A stretch of DNA of 64,000 nt, taken from NCBI RefSeq assembly GCF_036321535.1, contig NC_087440.1, forward strand, positions 29,326,001 through 29,390,000, read 5' to 3'. The notes beneath the pieces are model-generated. The model was not told where the DNA came from. It searched no databases and worked only from the letters and a program-made list of their open reading frames with translations. Position 1 is the stretch's first letter. Each line of letters starts with the position of its first letter. The position numbers and the translations under genes are program-made. Positions 62,351 through 64,000 of the stretch are shown here, one piece after another. Source of the DNA: Camelus dromedarius. Its lineage: Eukaryota.

Positions 62351-63512
62351 AGTATGACAAAGCAGGCCAATGCAGATGAATTTGATGTCAAGAAATATGC
62401 AAAGGAAAATATGATACTTTTTATTAAATAGAGTCCTTGGAGTTTTCTTCAACCTATCTGCTCTTGTTAACTTGTTGATGAAAGGAAATGGCACACATTA
62501 CTGTGACCATTGCTCTTTCTCTTGTCATACGTTGCTTTGAATTTCTTATTTCAGCTCTGAAATTGTATCTACTGCTAAGAAAATTGTCGACTCCATCAAC
62601 ATTTATATGTAGGATCTTGAATGTCCGGCTTATAAAGAGATAATATAAAGAATTAAAATAAAATGTGTTTTTCTGTGCTACAAGAAAACTTGCTGGCTTT
62701 CCCTTCTTTAGAAGTACTTAGTTGAGATATAGATAGCACTTTATCTTTTCTTGAAAGAGAACTTGCCAAGATACTCCCTCTTTCCATTTGCAAACAATGT
62801 AAGGGAAGCCATGTGAAAGATTCAAACAGTCTGGAAATATTTGGAGTCCTTTGACACAAACTCTTGTGTGAATTAGCTGTGAGAGTTCAGACTCCATTGC
62901 TTAATACTTATCATTTTATTTCAGGGAGTCCATTAAGATAAAAATGCAAGTAATTCAATATCATGGGTGGCATATAGATTTCAATGTCAGAGATATCATC
63001 TTACAAAGTCATCTTACTCAAACTGAAAATCAGCTGCCTTTACATTAAAATGTACAACTGACCAAGATTTAAATTACTTGCACAAGTTTTATTTAGATTA
63101 TTTTAGCAAAATTTTATTAGTTTTATATATAAATCCTAAACATAAAAAGGGGATAATTTTTAAACTATGTATATATTACAGTTTTATAAATAAAATCATT
63201 TTTTAAAGTAATAAATACACTACACATGCAATCTTATGTTTATGCTATTTGAGGAGAAGAAGAGCAATGATATTAATCAAATTTTCAAAAGTATCTCTGA
63301 ATCAAGGAGACACCCATAGATATTATGAGCACCTGAGTAGCTAATAACTAGTGCAGTTAACCAGGTTACATATTTTCTGAATTTTTTAGTACATTGATTC
63401 TCATTGTTTACTAGATTTAATGTAACCTTTTTATAAAACGTAGAAAGTAGTCTTAATCTCAAATTAGAGCAATTAATTTGCCTAGCACTGAAAAAAGGGT
63501 GACATTAATAAG

Positions 63513-63523
63513 CTTTTTAATGA
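63513..63523 (+). promoter_or_regulatory. OR homeodomain (Lhx2-type) motif CTTTTTAATGA
   Basis: Exact 11-nt core of the AACTTTTTAATGA motif known from the mouse H and P OR enhancers; context AATAAGCTTTTTAATGAATCC. Confidence 0.35.
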
Positions 63524-64000
63524 ATCCTACCTCCATAATGCTTTAGCACTGTAGACTGAATAGAAGAAAACCATTCAGTGCATAGCCCTTTATTCAAGAA
63601 GAACAATCATAGAGCCAGCCTTCATTCCATGGATAGAATATGGAGTGGCCTGCATGGTATAAAGTCAGGGGACATTGGTACAATCTCTTCTTCCTGTCCC
63701 TGTTCTAGATCCAATGTACCAACTCTCCTCTCTTGCTACTGATAGATTGTATTCTAAAATTAGAAAGAAATGAATATGTCCAAATTCCTGAAGACAGTAA
63801 TTGATGGATTTAAATTTATACTAAAGTATAAATTACTGTTACTGGAAGGTAGATATTGAGAGTAGAAAAGAGCAAAAACGGTCAGGTCTCAGAATGCTAT
63901 GAAGAGAGCAGAAATTGATTGGGGTTGGAAAAGAGGACATTTTCATGGTTTCGTCCATGTTTTACTTAATGATGATACCACTGGGGATGGATTTAGAAAA

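Noticed and set aside
1-64000. CRISPR arrays, rRNA, snRNA, NUMT or non-retroviral viral inserts
   Set aside because: None recognised by eye; a database search would be needed to exclude short or divergent copies.

Overview
Mammalian, AT-rich, repeat-rich DNA containing part of an olfactory receptor (OR) gene cluster. The host is probably a camelid: there is a camelid-type tRNA-derived SINE at ~46.66 kb and artiodactyl-type L1 3' ends. Seven OR loci are present. Four are intact: OR4K13 (+), OR4K14 (+), OR4Q2 (-) and OR4K1 (-). OR4K15 (-) has one in-frame TAG. An OR4K-family gene (-) has two 1-bp deletions. An OR11-family gene (+) has a full-length open frame but no ATG in its main exon and several degraded motifs. 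As far as I recall, order and relative orientation mirror the human 14q11.2 OR4K block read in reverse. The intergenic DNA holds L1, L2, MIR, MaLR/ERV LTRs, a MER63-like transposon, a ~3 kb decayed ERV-L pol/integrase, microsatellites, four N gaps and candidate OR promoter motifs. I found no new biological system. The best leads are: (1) a splice that would give the OR11 gene an in-frame, strong-Kozak ATG from an upstream exon; (2) OR pseudogenes whose lesions could be recent or assembly errors; (3) an unidentified GC-rich island at 7.5-8.3 kb; (4) an H/P-element-like homeodomain motif at 63.5 kb. Gene symbols and repeat family names come from recalled sequences, not database searches. Repeat boundaries are approximate.
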